A DNA stretch of 63,988 nucleotides, the filler included, from Dimargaris cristalligena (Eukaryota), in assembly GCA_003614675.1 (NCBI GenBank). It is 3 parts of 3 records of this genome, joined end to end, with 100 filler letters (N's around TTAATTAATTAA, not from the genome) between each part and the next. Parts side by side here need not be neighbours in the genome. Positions count along the whole stretch, not along the records: positions 43,428 to 63,988 come from ML002693.1; 2 more parts are not named here. The stretch is one strand, 5' to 3'. The notes under the pieces are model-generated. The model ran no database searches. It was not told the DNA's origin and saw only the letters and a list, made by a program, of their open reading frames with translations. This document shows positions 48,008-60,595 of this stretch, piece after piece (within the stretch, counting starts at the first letter, position 1; the number at the start of each line of letters is the position of its first letter). The translations under genes were made by a program, and so were the position numbers.

Positions 48008-50564
48008 GGCGCAAGGCTTGGCAGATGGGTCACCCTTGTTAAGACTGAATGAAAGGAGAAGCGAGGGGAACTCGGGCTACGAATCAGAAGCGCGCGAAGT
48101 GGCGGCGAGGGAGGGGGTAGTGAGTGATAATGCGACAAGGAACAGTAGACAACTGGGTAAGTAAATAAGGTAAGCAAATGAGGTAGGGTAAACGGGGCAC
48201 TTTTCTCAATACTGAGGGAGAGGGGATCGGAGAATCTTTTGCCCAGAGTGCGGAAGGGGAGGGGGAAGAAAGGAGAAAGAAGGGACCTGGGGGGGTGACA
48301 GAGATGGAGCGAGTGAATGGGAGGGAAACAATCAGGGTGGGTGACTTGGGCCTTGAAGTTCGCGGTAAGGGCAGAAGGAGGAGGAGGCGCGTAGTGGTAG
48401 TGGTAGTGGTAGTAGTGGGTATATTATTATAACACCTAAGTAATCAACCATTAACAATAATAGACGAACCTCTTATTAAGGAACCGCACACATGTAGAAG
48501 GAGGAAATACGGCAATTCAATTGAATAATACGGTGGTGTGTGTGTATTATAACAGTGTACAATAGGAACCACATAACCAAGTATAGCAAAGGGACTGCAT
48601 GGCTGGTATTTATACGAAAACGAATGGGAGCGGAGCAAAGTGGGACACCCAAACCCAGCATCCCTTCCCTCCTATGTAGTAGCCCTGGGCCCGTCCTCAC
48701 GCTGTCGCGCAACGTCAACTGCAATTTTTGAAACGAGTCGCCCAATGGAATCCGCCTCGTTAGGCAACACAGGTCACAGCAACAGGCCCGTTTGCGGTGT
48801 GGCATTATTGGGCTTCTCCAATCAACTGGCATTTATCCCTTCCCCTAATGAGAGAAGGAGTAATGGAGTGAGTGCCCCCCCCGCTCTAGAGCGAGAGGAG
48901 TTCAGGGCCAAGGGTGAATAAAATGCGCTCCATTATCCCAATAAGCTTATAATCGACATCCGCTGCCGCTGCGTAATTATTACCTATATAATAATCCCTT
49001 TGGGTACACACCACCCAAGCATTCTTCTCCGGTTTTATTTAGTAAAATACATCTCTCGCACATGCTACCGCGGACATGGCTCCGATTAAAAGGCCGTTGC
49101 GACACCCACGCCATATGGCCTATTAACCGCCCCTCTTTAATTCACAGACGGCTAATGTGCTACTTAATCGCCCTGGTCCATTATTTAATTTAACATCTCG
49201 CAACACCCTCCAGCCAGGCTAGGGTGAACAACAGGGCCTATCTACCCTCCGCCATGTATGCCAAAAATAATCTCTATTATTTTTTTGAGGGGGGGGTGTA
49301 GAGGTGGTGGGGGTGGTGGAGCCGACCTGTACACCATACCCACTTCTGAGATTCGAATCGTATCACCCGGGAACAACGCCCACGACAACGGCGGTTAAGA
49401 CCGTCGAACCGCCGTCCATCATTCCTGCTTCTTTCCTAATCCCCTCCCCGAATAGTAATATATATATATATATACAATAACTATATTAATACCATTAATA
49501 ATAATGACCTTTTCAACTTGAAACACGTGGACGTCCGAATACTGAACGAAATGGCTAGAAAGATTCTCCTTTCGAATCATCCGTCGGCATCCGTGGGGTC
49601 TCTCGTGCTCGCTCTTCCCCTGCTTGGCCAAGCTTAATGAGCTATTTTCGACTAAATAAGCATCCCCCCAAAATTAAATGAAACGCAACGAAGTTAAATA
49701 TAACTATATATATAAATCATAACTAGGGTCGATGATATACACCAGTCTCATCCTCTCTCTCTCTCTCTTACCCTTCCTAGCAGTGCGACACGCTTTAATG
49801 GAGGGGTGTTCGTTAGCGAACCTTCAGCGTAGCACCAATTGGCATTCTAGAATCACCGTGGCTGCTTTAGTCTAGCCATCTGGTGTACCACACACACACA
49901 CACATCTCAATCCATACCCTCCCTCCCACCTTCCTTCGTATCTTCCCATATACCCCATCCGGCCCCCTGTTATCCACTACCCTACCCAATACCCCTTCTT
50001 CTATGGGTTTACACCATTATTACTAAAGCCTTATGAAGGTATCAGCCTCCTTAATTTTCCACCCATGGATTGGCTTCCAACCCTTCGGTCAGGCCAATAG
50101 ATATATCAGGTTGGGGAAGAAATACTCACACATTTCAACAGCGTAGTCTGGCCCCCCAATCCAATCCCCTCCCCCACATCCGGCAATTAACTAAGGTAAT
50201 TGTTTATAAACGCTGGTACCATGTTGCCTGTCTACTCCCACAACCCACGCATCCTCATCGGATTCCCCCCATATCCTCCCAACCATCACCACAGCTATCG
50301 AAAATCACATACATTAATTACCCCTGGGGATAGAGAACCTACAATAATAAAAGGCCAGGAAAATATATAACTTTAATGTCTGTTTGGTATGTGGCAAATG
50401 GCTGGCGGCGTGGAAATATATAAGCGAGGGACAAGGATCTAACAGCCGCAAAGGTCCCAATAGATAAAAATATGGGTAAAACACCCCACCGTGTAACTCG
50501 GTTTACTTCTTCAGAAGTACGGGCAAGAAACCATTTCTTAATATATATAAAAAATTAAATAGGT

Positions 50565-52214
50565 TTACTCGTACTTGGTCAGCTTCTCGGGGTAGCTAGC
50601 TCCGCTTTCGCGGATAACCTGGGCAGCCAACCAGTGGCCGCAGCCCACGCACTTGGCCACGGGCTTGCCCTGGACATACTGGCTAATAAATCCCGCCACG
50701 AAGGCGTCACCGGCTCCGTTGGTGTCCACAATCTCAGACTGGGCCACCGGGGTAACGGGGAAAATCTCCACCTTGAACGAAGCCTCGGGCTCGGTCGCCG
50801 CCGGCACCTGCTGGATGGCCAGCAGCGTGGATCCCTTACCCTGCGTAATGACCACCTGGCGGGGCTTCGAGGAGTTGAGCTTGGGCAGGTTAGCGATACG
50901 GTGCGCGATCTGGGCCACTTCCTCGGTTTGGTAGCCGAAGTGGGTGGACCAGGCGGCGGCCTCGGTTTCATTACCGAACAGGATATCGACGTAGGGCATG
51001 ATCTCCGTCCACTGGGACTTGTAGAACTGGGGGGTGAAAGGGGCCGACACATTCATCATGAAGGTCTTGCCGTTCGCATGGGCGTGCTTGGCCACCTCCA
51101 GGATACTATCGGGAGAGACAGTCAGGAAGAATCCAGTGATGTAGTAGAACTGGGCCTTCTCAATCTGGGCCCAGACTTCGGGACGCTTGAGATGATCAAT
51201 CTTGTAGCTGTTGGCGGCGGCCAGATTGGCGACCAAGGAGCGGTCGGTACCGGTGATGAGCAGAGCGCAGGTACCAGTGGGCTTGGACTCGTCCACCATG
51301 TACAGGGGGTTGAGACCGTCCTTCATGGCAGCAGTCTTGAGCTCCTTGCCGAACAGATCGTTGGAAACGCAGCCAATGAAGGTGGTGGAGTCAGAGGGCA
51401 GCAGGCGCTAGATAAATCATAGTGAAGGGGTTTCGGCAGGCATATTGTTTGAAATAATATTAGATAGGGATTACAAGTGGTGGCGGAATGCTCATTCTAA
51501 GCTACAATAAATTAATGGGGTGTTCAGTGGGGCGGGGCATCCTATTATATACCAGCGGAACATACCTGGGCACCACGGAGGGCGTTCTGGCCAGCTCCAC
51601 CGGCGATGTACTTGACGTTGTATCTCTGGATCATTTCAGCGAACCTAGATGTAGGGGCGAGGGATAATATGAGGAGTTGACGAGGTGAATGATAAGTTTG
51701 GATCAAGTGGAAAACAGGCCACTTTCAATACCTGCCCCATGGATGAGTCATTGCATATAGGCCATGTTATTATTTCCAGTCGTCAAGTTAATCCGCATAA
51801 ATACTTACAGAGCGACGTGCTTCTCGTCAGCCAGAATGGCATCGTTGGCATTCAGACCGTACCTACGGCGGGAGGGAGTAGTGCCAATTCATGGTTGGGT
51901 TATTACTACATAGATATGGATATACACATATATGACCGGGTATAATGGGTCTCATAAACCAGAGGGTAGTGAAGACCGCCCCAGCATACAGAGCGGCGGG
52001 GATTGGCCGGGTAGGACCCTGAGTTAAGCTGGGGCGGAGTGGGAGAGGCCGCCCCAGATCGGCTACTCCACACATGCATATAGAAACATGAATGTTGTCC
52101 CAACTAGTAGGAAGTTACTTACTTGGCGAGGAAGTCGGTGTCGACATCGGCACAGATATCGAGCAGGGGGTTGCACATACCAATGATGGCGCCTTTAAGA
52201 TCCTGGGACGACAT
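50565..52214 (-). CDS. ADO1: Adenosine kinase
   Basis: Exons 52214-52123, 51862-51809, 51644-51566, 51407-50565. Motifs MCNPLLDI, AGGAGQN, RSLVANLAAAN, FGNETEA and DTNGAGDAF. Confidence 0.96.
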
Positions 52215-53192
52215 GGCGAAACGAGACGAGGGGAAGGGGTGCGAAGGTAAAAAAGGGAGAGAAGGTCTTGTCGAGTAAACAAACGGGAAGCGACGAAAAG
52301 AAAGTAATGAAGTGGTGAAGCGAGAGCGAAAGAAGCAGTTGACCATCGGTGAGGAAGAAGCTGGGCCTTTTCTATAGACGCGCGTATGAGGCGGGGAAGT
52401 CGTGTGGCAATTATTGTTGGGGGAAAAGCAACGGGGGGATATAGGTGGAGGAGGTGTGTATGCGTGCGTGTGGGCTAAGCAGAGAAGTAGGCGTTGGAGA
52501 GGTGCGTGTGTGTGTGTGTGGCTGTGCTTCACATCTCCTCGTTCTTTCTCGGTTGTTTATTCGCCGAAGCAGCGAACGGGCGGGGTGGTACTACTCCATT
52601 CTACAACTTGGGCGTGCAATTAAACATTAATTATATCTGTAGCCCCAGGCATACACAACCATATCCCCTGCGCAATAGCAATAGCAAAATCACTTCTACC
52701 CAAATCATACAGGCTTCGGATTTTGGCCATTTAGTTTAGGATGTGGACCGTGGCTTAGTTAGTAGTACATTATTAATATCATACAAAAATACGCCGACTA
52801 TGACATACAACTACCCATCATCAATCACACACCCATCAATCACCACTTCAGTCTATTAAGAGGACTGGCCCGGCTATCCCTCCCATTCGTTGAATCAGCC
52901 CATCAATCGCCGACTCTAGCCTTCTATCCTCTTCCTTTACTCCGCGCTTCACTGTCCGTCACACATTTAACACTGGGTCTGCCCCACCCAGACTCGGCAC
53001 CTGTTTGGCTGGCCCGGTGTTGAGAAACAACCTCGCCCCTTCAATCATCCCCCAGGATTTCTAGAGGTGGGGCCGGATTGGAAATAGTTTAAATCACGTG
53101 CTGAACAGCCGCCCCCCTACGCTAGAGCCATACATAGGGTGGGAGGGAGGAAGGATATAATCAATCATCTAGGATAATAATAATATCACGGT

Positions 53193-53255
53193 GGCTGCTA
53201 CTCAGATGAAGTAGAGTTTTATTTAAAGTGAATCTAAGACAGGTGACCTTTTGGT
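53193..53255 (+). repeat. Dispersed repeat family C; the element probably extends to about 53450
   Basis: Matches the reverse complement of 21726-21788; GTGGCTGCTACTCA recurs at about 53343; CpG-poor. Confidence 0.7.
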
Positions 53256-53706
53256 CATATTTTGCCATCCACAGGGAACATAATAAAGGATAAATGGCTC
53301 AAAAACCCTCAAAGGCCACAAATAAAGAGGGGAAAGACAGGAGTGGCTGCTACTCAAAACCCTATACAGGCTAGATTTAGGCCTTCATCTAACTGCCCCG
53401 TAGATTGATAAATGGGTACAGGCCAAAATACCCCAACCCACTGCATATAATATATAATGGGCGTTTCTCCTATTATTTCGCTTACCAGTTCAACTCGTTA
53501 CCAGTGTACTTCAATGTATGCGCATGATATCATCTTTGATATCTTTACCCACGTTCTTTCAATTTATGCGCCATATATAAAATACTTAATGTGGCCATAA
53601 CATCAACCCGTCCCGCTTTGGCGGATTCTTCGATTCCATATCAATATATTCTTTAGTCTATATCGCTGCTCCTACATTTAACCGCGTTTATTGACAATAC
53701 CGCCCG

Positions 53707-54882
53707 TTAGCCGTCGGGTTCGGTCGAAGGTAAGGGTGTCAGGGCAATAGGTGTAGTGGGATAGCGCTGGTTAAACTGTTCCACGATATCCCGATCGTAG
53801 ACGCGCACTCCGTTGAGCTGGTTGCCCAGGGTAAACCAACCCGGCCGGGTATTGTGGCTTCGACCGAACAGTTCCAGTTTGCGGGTTCCCGGGGAAAGCC
53901 GATCGATCATTCCGTAAATTTGGTCCGGTTTGCGACTGGTTTCGCGGACTTCGGAAACAATCACATCGCAGTCGATGCCCCGCCGAAGCCATTCCCTCCG
54001 GCCCTCCCCGTCGCTGCCACTACCGCCGTCGCCGGTGTTGGTGGTCGGGGGGTTCTTTCCCCATTTGGCCCCCACCAGGCAATGTTCCTTACTGTGGTTA
54101 AGCCAGTGCCCCGTCCGGCCCGTCCGAATCAGCCGTTGGAGCTGGTTCACTTTAATCCACACAATCTCGTCGACCCGTTCGTAGCCCCACGCCGTAAGGC
54201 ATTCGCGGCCTAGTTCCATGGCGCGACCCGTTACCCAGAGGAACAGGAGGCCCTCGTCCTGCAGATGGCAAATGGGCATGGCTTTCATTTCCTCGTCCGA
54301 CATGGTGCCGTACGGCAGCGTCATGCGAATATCCCAAGGGGGGTCGGCCATGATGACACTGAATTTGCCGAGTATCCGGAAATCAAGGGTGCGGACGTCA
54401 CAGTTCAGCCATTGCGGCGGGTAGAGGGGCGGCGTGGTGTCTGGGTTATGCGATAGTGGTGGTGGTATCAAAGTGGAGGTATCTGCCGGTTGGTCGGTCA
54501 CTGTAGTGGGAGTGGTGGCTTGATTACCCAGGGATAGGCTAGCCAGGGCATCAGTGGTATCGTCCAGAGAAGGCTTCAATGGACGACAGGCCTCGTTACT
54601 TTCAGTGGTTACGTTGCCAACATTTTCGGCGTTGTGGTCGCTGTCCAGCTCGTAATGAATATACCGACAAGTGTCCATGCGATGGCAAGTGTTAAGGTAC
54701 GAACAGTCACCCAAGGCCAGATCGGTGTAGGGCTGATGGATGACCCGGAAGTGCAAGCGGTTACACACTTCAGTCGGCCCCCGCTGCGTTACACATCGGG
54801 CTTTGAGCGTGTAGGGACAGACTTCGCGAAACGGCAGGTCCGACACGGGGGCAGTAATGGAACCGGCGCTGGACCCGGTCAT
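53707..54882 (-). CDS. IME4: mRNA m6A methyltransferase catalytic subunit (METTL3/Ime4, MT-A70); 5' end unresolved
   Basis: Two CCCH fingers (CPY..C..CNRLH; CSYLNTC...CRYIH), catalytic ADPPW, LFLWVTGRA, RTGRTGHWLNHSKEHCL and SRKPD...RKLELFGR. Confidence 0.95.
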   Translation of the reverse strand: MTGSSAGSITAPVSDLPFREVCPYTLKARCVTQRGPTEVCNRLHFRVIHQPYTDLALGDCSYLNTCHRMDTCRYIHYELDSDHNAENVGNVTTESNEACRPLKPSLDDTTDALASLSLGNQATTPTTVTDQPADTSTLIPPPLSHNPDTTPPLYPPQWLNCDVRTLDFRILGKFSVIMADPPWDIRMTLPYGTMSDEEMKAMPICHLQDEGLLFLWVTGRAMELGRECLTAWGYERVDEIVWIKVNQLQRLIRTGRTGHWLNHSKEHCLVGAKWGKNPPTTNTGDGGSGSDGEGRREWLRRGIDCDVIVSEVRETSRKPDQIYGMIDRLSPGTRKLELFGRSHNTRPGWFTLGNQLNGVRVYDRDIVEQFNQRYPTTPIALTPLPSTEPDG

Positions 54883-55818
54883 GGCCAATGAATGTAATAG
54901 TAAGATAAGTTGGATAGGTATCCTTTATACACCAGTGAGACTTCAAAAGAGAAAACCTAGAGTAAGTTAAATGGGTTAAACGGAAGAGAGAACTGCATGA
55001 CAGTGAACCATGGTCCATTTGTTTCGTATGGTTAAAAAGGTCCTATCCGGCCTTGTGACTAAGAAATAAATAACAGTAGACCTCACCCAATTCCCCTCAT
55101 TCCAATGCTAACAAAGAGGGTCACGCCCATGCCCTATTCAGCAATTTTTGGGGGGCGGTGGGGATACAAAGCCTGCCGGGACACTTGGGGCCTATGCGCT
55201 TTCCCTAAGTTTTAGGGGGGCTTGTTTGGTGGGGGGGGGGAGAGGGTACTGGCGTGTTTTTATGGTCCTTGTTGTTAGTGCTAATTTCAGACCCCAGGTC
55301 TCTAGCAGACGAGTCCTTTTGCACTTGTTAAGCCCCCGATAATTCTCCCCGTTAATCGTTACTATTTTAGCGCTTGTGGTATAGCTAGCTGGTATACCCA
55401 AATCCCTTACACTGAGATTGTAATCCGGCAGGTAAAAAACCACGGCCAAGAAAAACAGACCAATCAGCGTCATTATCAGCCGAGCCAGGCTGTGCAAATA
55501 AGGTGTGACATTCAAGGCTTGTCGAAAAAATTATACTCAGCCTGGAAAAAGCCCACTGAAAAAAAAAAAGAAAAAAAGAATGTGTTCTCCCTCCCTCAGC
55601 CAAGTGATCGAATAATCTTATTATGCAGAAAAGGGCTCGTTGGTTTACTTGGACGGATTTTTGTGGTACTTGTAAGTAGTCAATCGGCTCTATCCCTTAT
55701 TATTTTTTTCAAACCTGACATAGTCCCCTTTTCCCACTCGCTTATTTTTTTATACCTTCGCGCCTAGTAGTCCGGTGCTGCATTTCGATCTTTCTAAACC
55801 CACATATTAAATTCCACC

Positions 55819-56562
55819 ATGGCTGCTGCTCCCACTCCCATTCCCGTCTCGGAAAAATTCACCGAGGTTGCCGGTAAGGCCACGGCCGCCGTGCTACTCG
55901 CCATGGAACCGGAGTCCGCTTCTGGGGACGCCAATAAGAAGTCCCTGAGTGCCGAGCACCGGTTCATTCTGGCCCGCCTGGTCGTGTGCACACCCGTTCC
56001 CGTCACCAAAGCCACCAAGTTCCTAAACGCCGCGCTCCCCCACTCCGTCTACCCGGTTGGTGGTCGCGTGGCCGTTCTGGTCAAGGACGATTGGAAAGCC
56101 TATGACGATTTCAGCGAAACCTATGCCGCTCAAGCCAGTTTCTATAAGATCGGCGAACTCAAGAAGCGGTTCCAAACCCCCGAAGCCCGTCACCTTTTCC
56201 TCCAGCAGCATTCGTTAATTGTCACCGGTCACAAGGCCGACGAAATGGTCCTGCCCTTGTTCGGATCTAAATACGTGGAGCGCCACGGTTACCCCATGAC
56301 CATGGGCCTCTCGCCCGCTACCTTTGCCAATAAGCTGGAGGAGCTGATCAAGAACTGCCGGGTCAAGCATGCCGACGCTACCTCCTACATGGCCGTCGTG
56401 GGTAACTCCCACATGTCCCAGGAACAGACCGCCGCGAACGCCTGTGTCCTCTGGAGCCAACTCATGGCCAGCCTCAAAATTGACAAGACCGAAATCCGGT
56501 CATTCGGTCTCTTCGCCAATAGTACTCCCGTTTTCCCGATTGTTTCGATTGAAGGAAAATAA
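55819..56562 (+). CDS. Ribosomal-L1-domain protein (Cic1/Utp30/RSL1D1-like), divergent, 247 aa
   Basis: LPHS...VLVKD, ELKKRF..PEAR..FL..H, LFGSKY....YP and VGNSHMS.EQ.AAN resemble the RSL1D1 family; strong codon bias. Confidence 0.7.
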   Translation: MAAAPTPIPVSEKFTEVAGKATAAVLLAMEPESASGDANKKSLSAEHRFILARLVVCTPVPVTKATKFLNAALPHSVYPVGGRVAVLVKDDWKAYDDFSETYAAQASFYKIGELKKRFQTPEARHLFLQQHSLIVTGHKADEMVLPLFGSKYVERHGYPMTMGLSPATFANKLEELIKNCRVKHADATSYMAVVGNSHMSQEQTAANACVLWSQLMASLKIDKTEIRSFGLFANSTPVFPIVSIEGK

Positions 56563-56830
56563 ATCCCACCCGATGATTGTATCTTTTCTTCGTTGTGTAG
56601 CTAAGTTTAGGAAACGCGGTTTTATTTAATGAATGGGTTATAATATCTGTCCAACGCGATTGTACCGGCTGCCCCACATGACCAATGCGATATCACAGAG
56701 GCATGTTAAAAATGGATAGGACATTTCAAGTATTAATGAATTGGCTGGTTTTTGTATTTTCCTTTTGGAAGTTCGAGATGAACGAATAAAAAGCAATAAT
56801 ATAATGGAAAATGTCAACGGAAATATATAT

Positions 56831-57032
56831 GGGTGAAGTTCAGCTCGGTTGTATAGGGTTTTAACTGTTATGCGTATAGGGAAATCGGTGGGATGTTTAT
56901 TTTCAACCAGTAGTATTTGCCTTATCAAATGGGTAAAGTTCAGCTCAGTTGTATAAGGGTTTAACCGATATATGTATGGGAAAATTGGTGGGATGTTTAT
57001 TTTCAACCAGCAGTACTTGCCTCATCAAATGG
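56831..57032. repeat. Tandem duplication with 100-bp period
   Basis: Units start GGGTRAAGTTCAGCTC at 56831 and 56931 and share GGTGGGATGTTTATTTTCAACCAG. Confidence 0.9.
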
Positions 57033-57699
57033 ATTTTGCGTTATACAGCCTTGTTGAATTACTCCCATAGGGATAAACGCACAATCATTATAAATTCATG
57101 GCGTTTGACACAATATAATGGTATAAGTTCAGTCCAGCTGTACAGAGTTCGGAATAAAACGTTAACGAGGGGGGGATCATGGCGAATATATTTGAGACCC
57201 GACGGGCCCAAAACCCAAGAAAGAGAATTTGGGATATACAAGCGAGCGGGAACCACTCATGCCAAAGTTATAACGACAAAAGTAACAAGCCAAGCCTCAC
57301 CCCAGTTGAACCGGGCCGCAAGGAGATAGTGTCCTAGGTGGCTTGGATAAATCGAGGAATAATAGTACCAGTTTATAATGAATCCCCAATTGGAGCGTAT
57401 CATTATTGTTTATTTGTCAATATATTAAGCGCCCTTTTGGACACATTGGGGGATTCCATTGGACTTGTTTCCCTCCCGCCCATCGCTCCTTATAATTCCA
57501 CCCTTTCCGCTCCCTTCTGGCTCGGACGGATTGGCCTCTCCACTCCCTCTTCTTAACCCTCTCACATTCGCCTTTGCTCCTCTACCTATTGTAATACCCA
57601 CCCCTCCTCCCGCCCAACTTACTTAACCCGCCGGCCTCTAATCACAGAGTTCCGCGCCTTTTCCCCTCTTTCCACCCCGCCTCCCCACTTCTATTTGCC

Positions 57700-59181
57700 A
57701 TGGCCCTGGCCACGGTTGCCTTTCCCGAGCTAGTCCCCAGCGATCCCCTCCACGTTCTCCCGACCGACGTCCTCATTCACATCTTCGAATACCTCTCCTT
57801 CCCCGACCTAACTCGGTGTCTCCGGGTCAGCCGTTTATGGTACTCCCAGCTCCCATTTATTCCCTACCTCTGGCGTGAACTACAGTACCCCTCCGGGCCC
57901 ACGAACAGCAACGGCAGTGCTGGACCCAGTCCCACTGCCAAAGCGGTCCAGCGGGCCCTCCAGTTGAGTGGTCCCCGGTTACGTAGTTTGGTGGTGGGCC
58001 AGGCCGACCGGCTCACCCTTCAGTGTTTGGATACACTCGCCCGGTGTCCACGGCCCCAGTTACGCCACTTGGCCTTAGTGGGAGCCCGGCGTATCGACGG
58101 GGACCGACTTGTGCGAACTATACGGGGGGTGGCTGGCACGTTGACCCGACTAAATTTGGCCGGGTGTTCGCTCTCCGATCGGGTCGTGGCCGAAATATTA
58201 TCCATGTGTACGCACCTCCGGTCCCTAAATGTATCGCATTGCACGCAACTCTCCCGGTATATGCTCGAAGGAGTTCGGCTGCGCACACCCACCGGCTCTA
58301 CCAACACTTCCGCAACCTCATACACCCTCCCGCGCCTAATAGGATCGGGTTCCCCCTCCTCCTCCTTGTCGTCGTCATCTTCCGTGGCGTTGGTCTCGCC
58401 CCCCGAGCGGACATTACCGCCCCTGGCTCACTTCATTTGCCGCCAAAACCAGGCCTGCGCCAGTCCGGGGATTTGGAACACATTATGCCATCATTACGCC
58501 ACCACCCTCCGGGAGATCGACTGGACTTCGACGGGTGAAGTATCCGTCCCGATGCTGCGCAATCTCGCCCTCTGTACTGGCCTCCAGTGCCTTAATATCA
58601 GTCATTGCCGGTTCACCGGGCCGGCTGAGGCCATCGAACTGGCGTTAGTTCAGATCGGGGAGCGGTGTCCGCAACTGGAACGGCTGTACCTGGCCCACCT
58701 GGTCGAAATGACCGAGTCACAAGTCCGGGCCCTGGTGGGTCTCAATAGTGGTTGGCGCATCTGTGATTTAGCCCACGTGCACCACCTGTCCGATGCCTTC
58801 CTCCGAACATTTTCCATCCAGGCCCCTCGGCTCACTCATCTGAACGTCGCCGGCTGTTTTCAATGCACCGATGTGGGATTAAGTCACATCATCAAACGGT
58901 GTACCGCTTTGGTCTACCTCAATGTATCCAAATGCGCCGTCACCGACCTGTTCCTGAGTCGCCTCCTACGCTACGCGAAAAATATCCGCACGTTAATTTT
59001 GGACGGCTGTTCCAGTATTTCCAGTGGGGGAATGCAATTGGTCGTCACCCAGCCTGCCTTTTTGCGCCAGCTCGAACACCTTAGCCTTTATAACTGCATC
59101 AAGGTCAATTATGATACCGCCCAAGCACTGCGGAAGGGCATGTCCCCCGACGCCCATTTTCGCTACTATTTCTCAGGATAA
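57700..59181 (+). CDS. F-box / leucine-rich-repeat protein, 493 aa, intronless
   Basis: F-box DPLHVLPTDVLIHIFEYL...CLRVSRLW, then many LxxLNLxxC cysteine-containing LRRs. Confidence 0.92.
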   Translation: MALATVAFPELVPSDPLHVLPTDVLIHIFEYLSFPDLTRCLRVSRLWYSQLPFIPYLWRELQYPSGPTNSNGSAGPSPTAKAVQRALQLSGPRLRSLVVGQADRLTLQCLDTLARCPRPQLRHLALVGARRIDGDRLVRTIRGVAGTLTRLNLAGCSLSDRVVAEILSMCTHLRSLNVSHCTQLSRYMLEGVRLRTPTGSTNTSATSYTLPRLIGSGSPSSSLSSSSSVALVSPPERTLPPLAHFICRQNQACASPGIWNTLCHHYATTLREIDWTSTGEVSVPMLRNLALCTGLQCLNISHCRFTGPAEAIELALVQIGERCPQLERLYLAHLVEMTESQVRALVGLNSGWRICDLAHVHHLSDAFLRTFSIQAPRLTHLNVAGCFQCTDVGLSHIIKRCTALVYLNVSKCAVTDLFLSRLLRYAKNIRTLILDGCSSISSGGMQLVVTQPAFLRQLEHLSLYNCIKVNYDTAQALRKGMSPDAHFRYYFSG

Positions 59182-60013
59182 TACACCCACATCTAGACAT
59201 ACACACACCTTCCCCCTTCTTTTAAAACTGTCCCGTTTGATTATTCCCCCGGCTCTACGGGTGCAGTTCAGCCCTGCTATACTTGTACTCTAGTACTAAT
59301 AAATTAAAATCAGTATTTCATTCTAGGGTGGTATTAGGGCATAAACAATTTGGGTGGGTCTCCGCCTCTAAAAAACGCCCCACAATGCCACTGGTTATTA
59401 TCATGATCGCTTGAGAATAATATTTTCTAGAGAATGCCAGAATCTCAACCATTCTGTCCTACCCAATTTTGATAATTATATGCGAGAAGACCCCTGTCAT
59501 GATTTGCCATATGTGGACCGACCCCGTGTCCATCGTTCCTTGTCCCAGACATGTTAAATCTCAATCATATTTGGGAATGCTAGCCTATATTCTCGTCATG
59601 TATATGAAAGCAGCCCACGTCCCTATCTTTTAATTCATTTGACCAGGAAGGGTCATTTTGATATGTCCTTATGACTAGTATTGCCGGAGAGTCTAATGGG
59701 ATGGTAGGGGGGGGGGTCGAAAATTACAGCTACAATGCTTACTTCCTCAATAGGGTACCCCACAAGTGCAGGTTTAGTCATATTTACCAACATCATATTT
59801 GAAGGTTAAGGTTCAGTGGTGGTCAAAGGAGCATATAGTTTGATGTGCTGGTATGTTTCCAATCCACTGTGTCAAGTTTCTGATACTTATCCCAATCAAT
59901 ATTCACTGGTAATGGCCCTGGAGCAACCTTACATGGTGCAACACAAAAGATATAGGATGAACTAAAAATGCCCTAAATTTATTGGTAAATTGAATATTAT
60001 TTTAAATTTGACC

Positions 60014-60595
60014 TGTCACCCAGGTTAACTACTCTTAGTCTATCAAGAGTCCCAAGGATAGGCTTCTAACAGTAGGTAGGGCTCAGACCCAGCCAAGCGG
60101 CTACTAGTATTAGGATGGGAGGTATAGTACTAACCAATAAAGGACAGATGCAGGTTAATGCCAGGGATGTGCAGTGGGCATACCTACTAGTTAGCATAAG
60201 GGGGAATGAGCATATAGAGTTTATTGAGGTAAACTGGGGGATATGAATAAGCTAAGGAATTGAACCAGTCCCAGTGGGCCTGGTTATATATATGCAGGGA
60301 CAGCTCCAGAGGGAGGTCCCAAGGGAAATATAACTAAGACTAAGGTGTGGATAAGTAAAGGATCCAACCAGATGGCTTCCCATTGGGAAGACTCTCATGG
60401 GAACTGGAAGAGCCTTGGATCAGCAAGCTGAGTATTTGGTGTGCAAAGCATTGGGGTTAAATAAGCAGGGTTTCATAATAAAGGATGACCCCATAGTACC
60501 AGGGGTGACTATGGGAGGGTTAATATGGTGCTATAAGGCCAAAATGGGATAGGTGATTGTTAGGTTTGGATTAAGTTAGGTTAGGAGGGCTGATA
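60014..60595 (+). mobile_element. Full-length LTR family A copy without matching TSD
   Basis: TGTCACCCAGG...GGGCTGATA, colinear with 19492-20080; flanks TGACC and CTCTG do not match. Confidence 0.88.
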
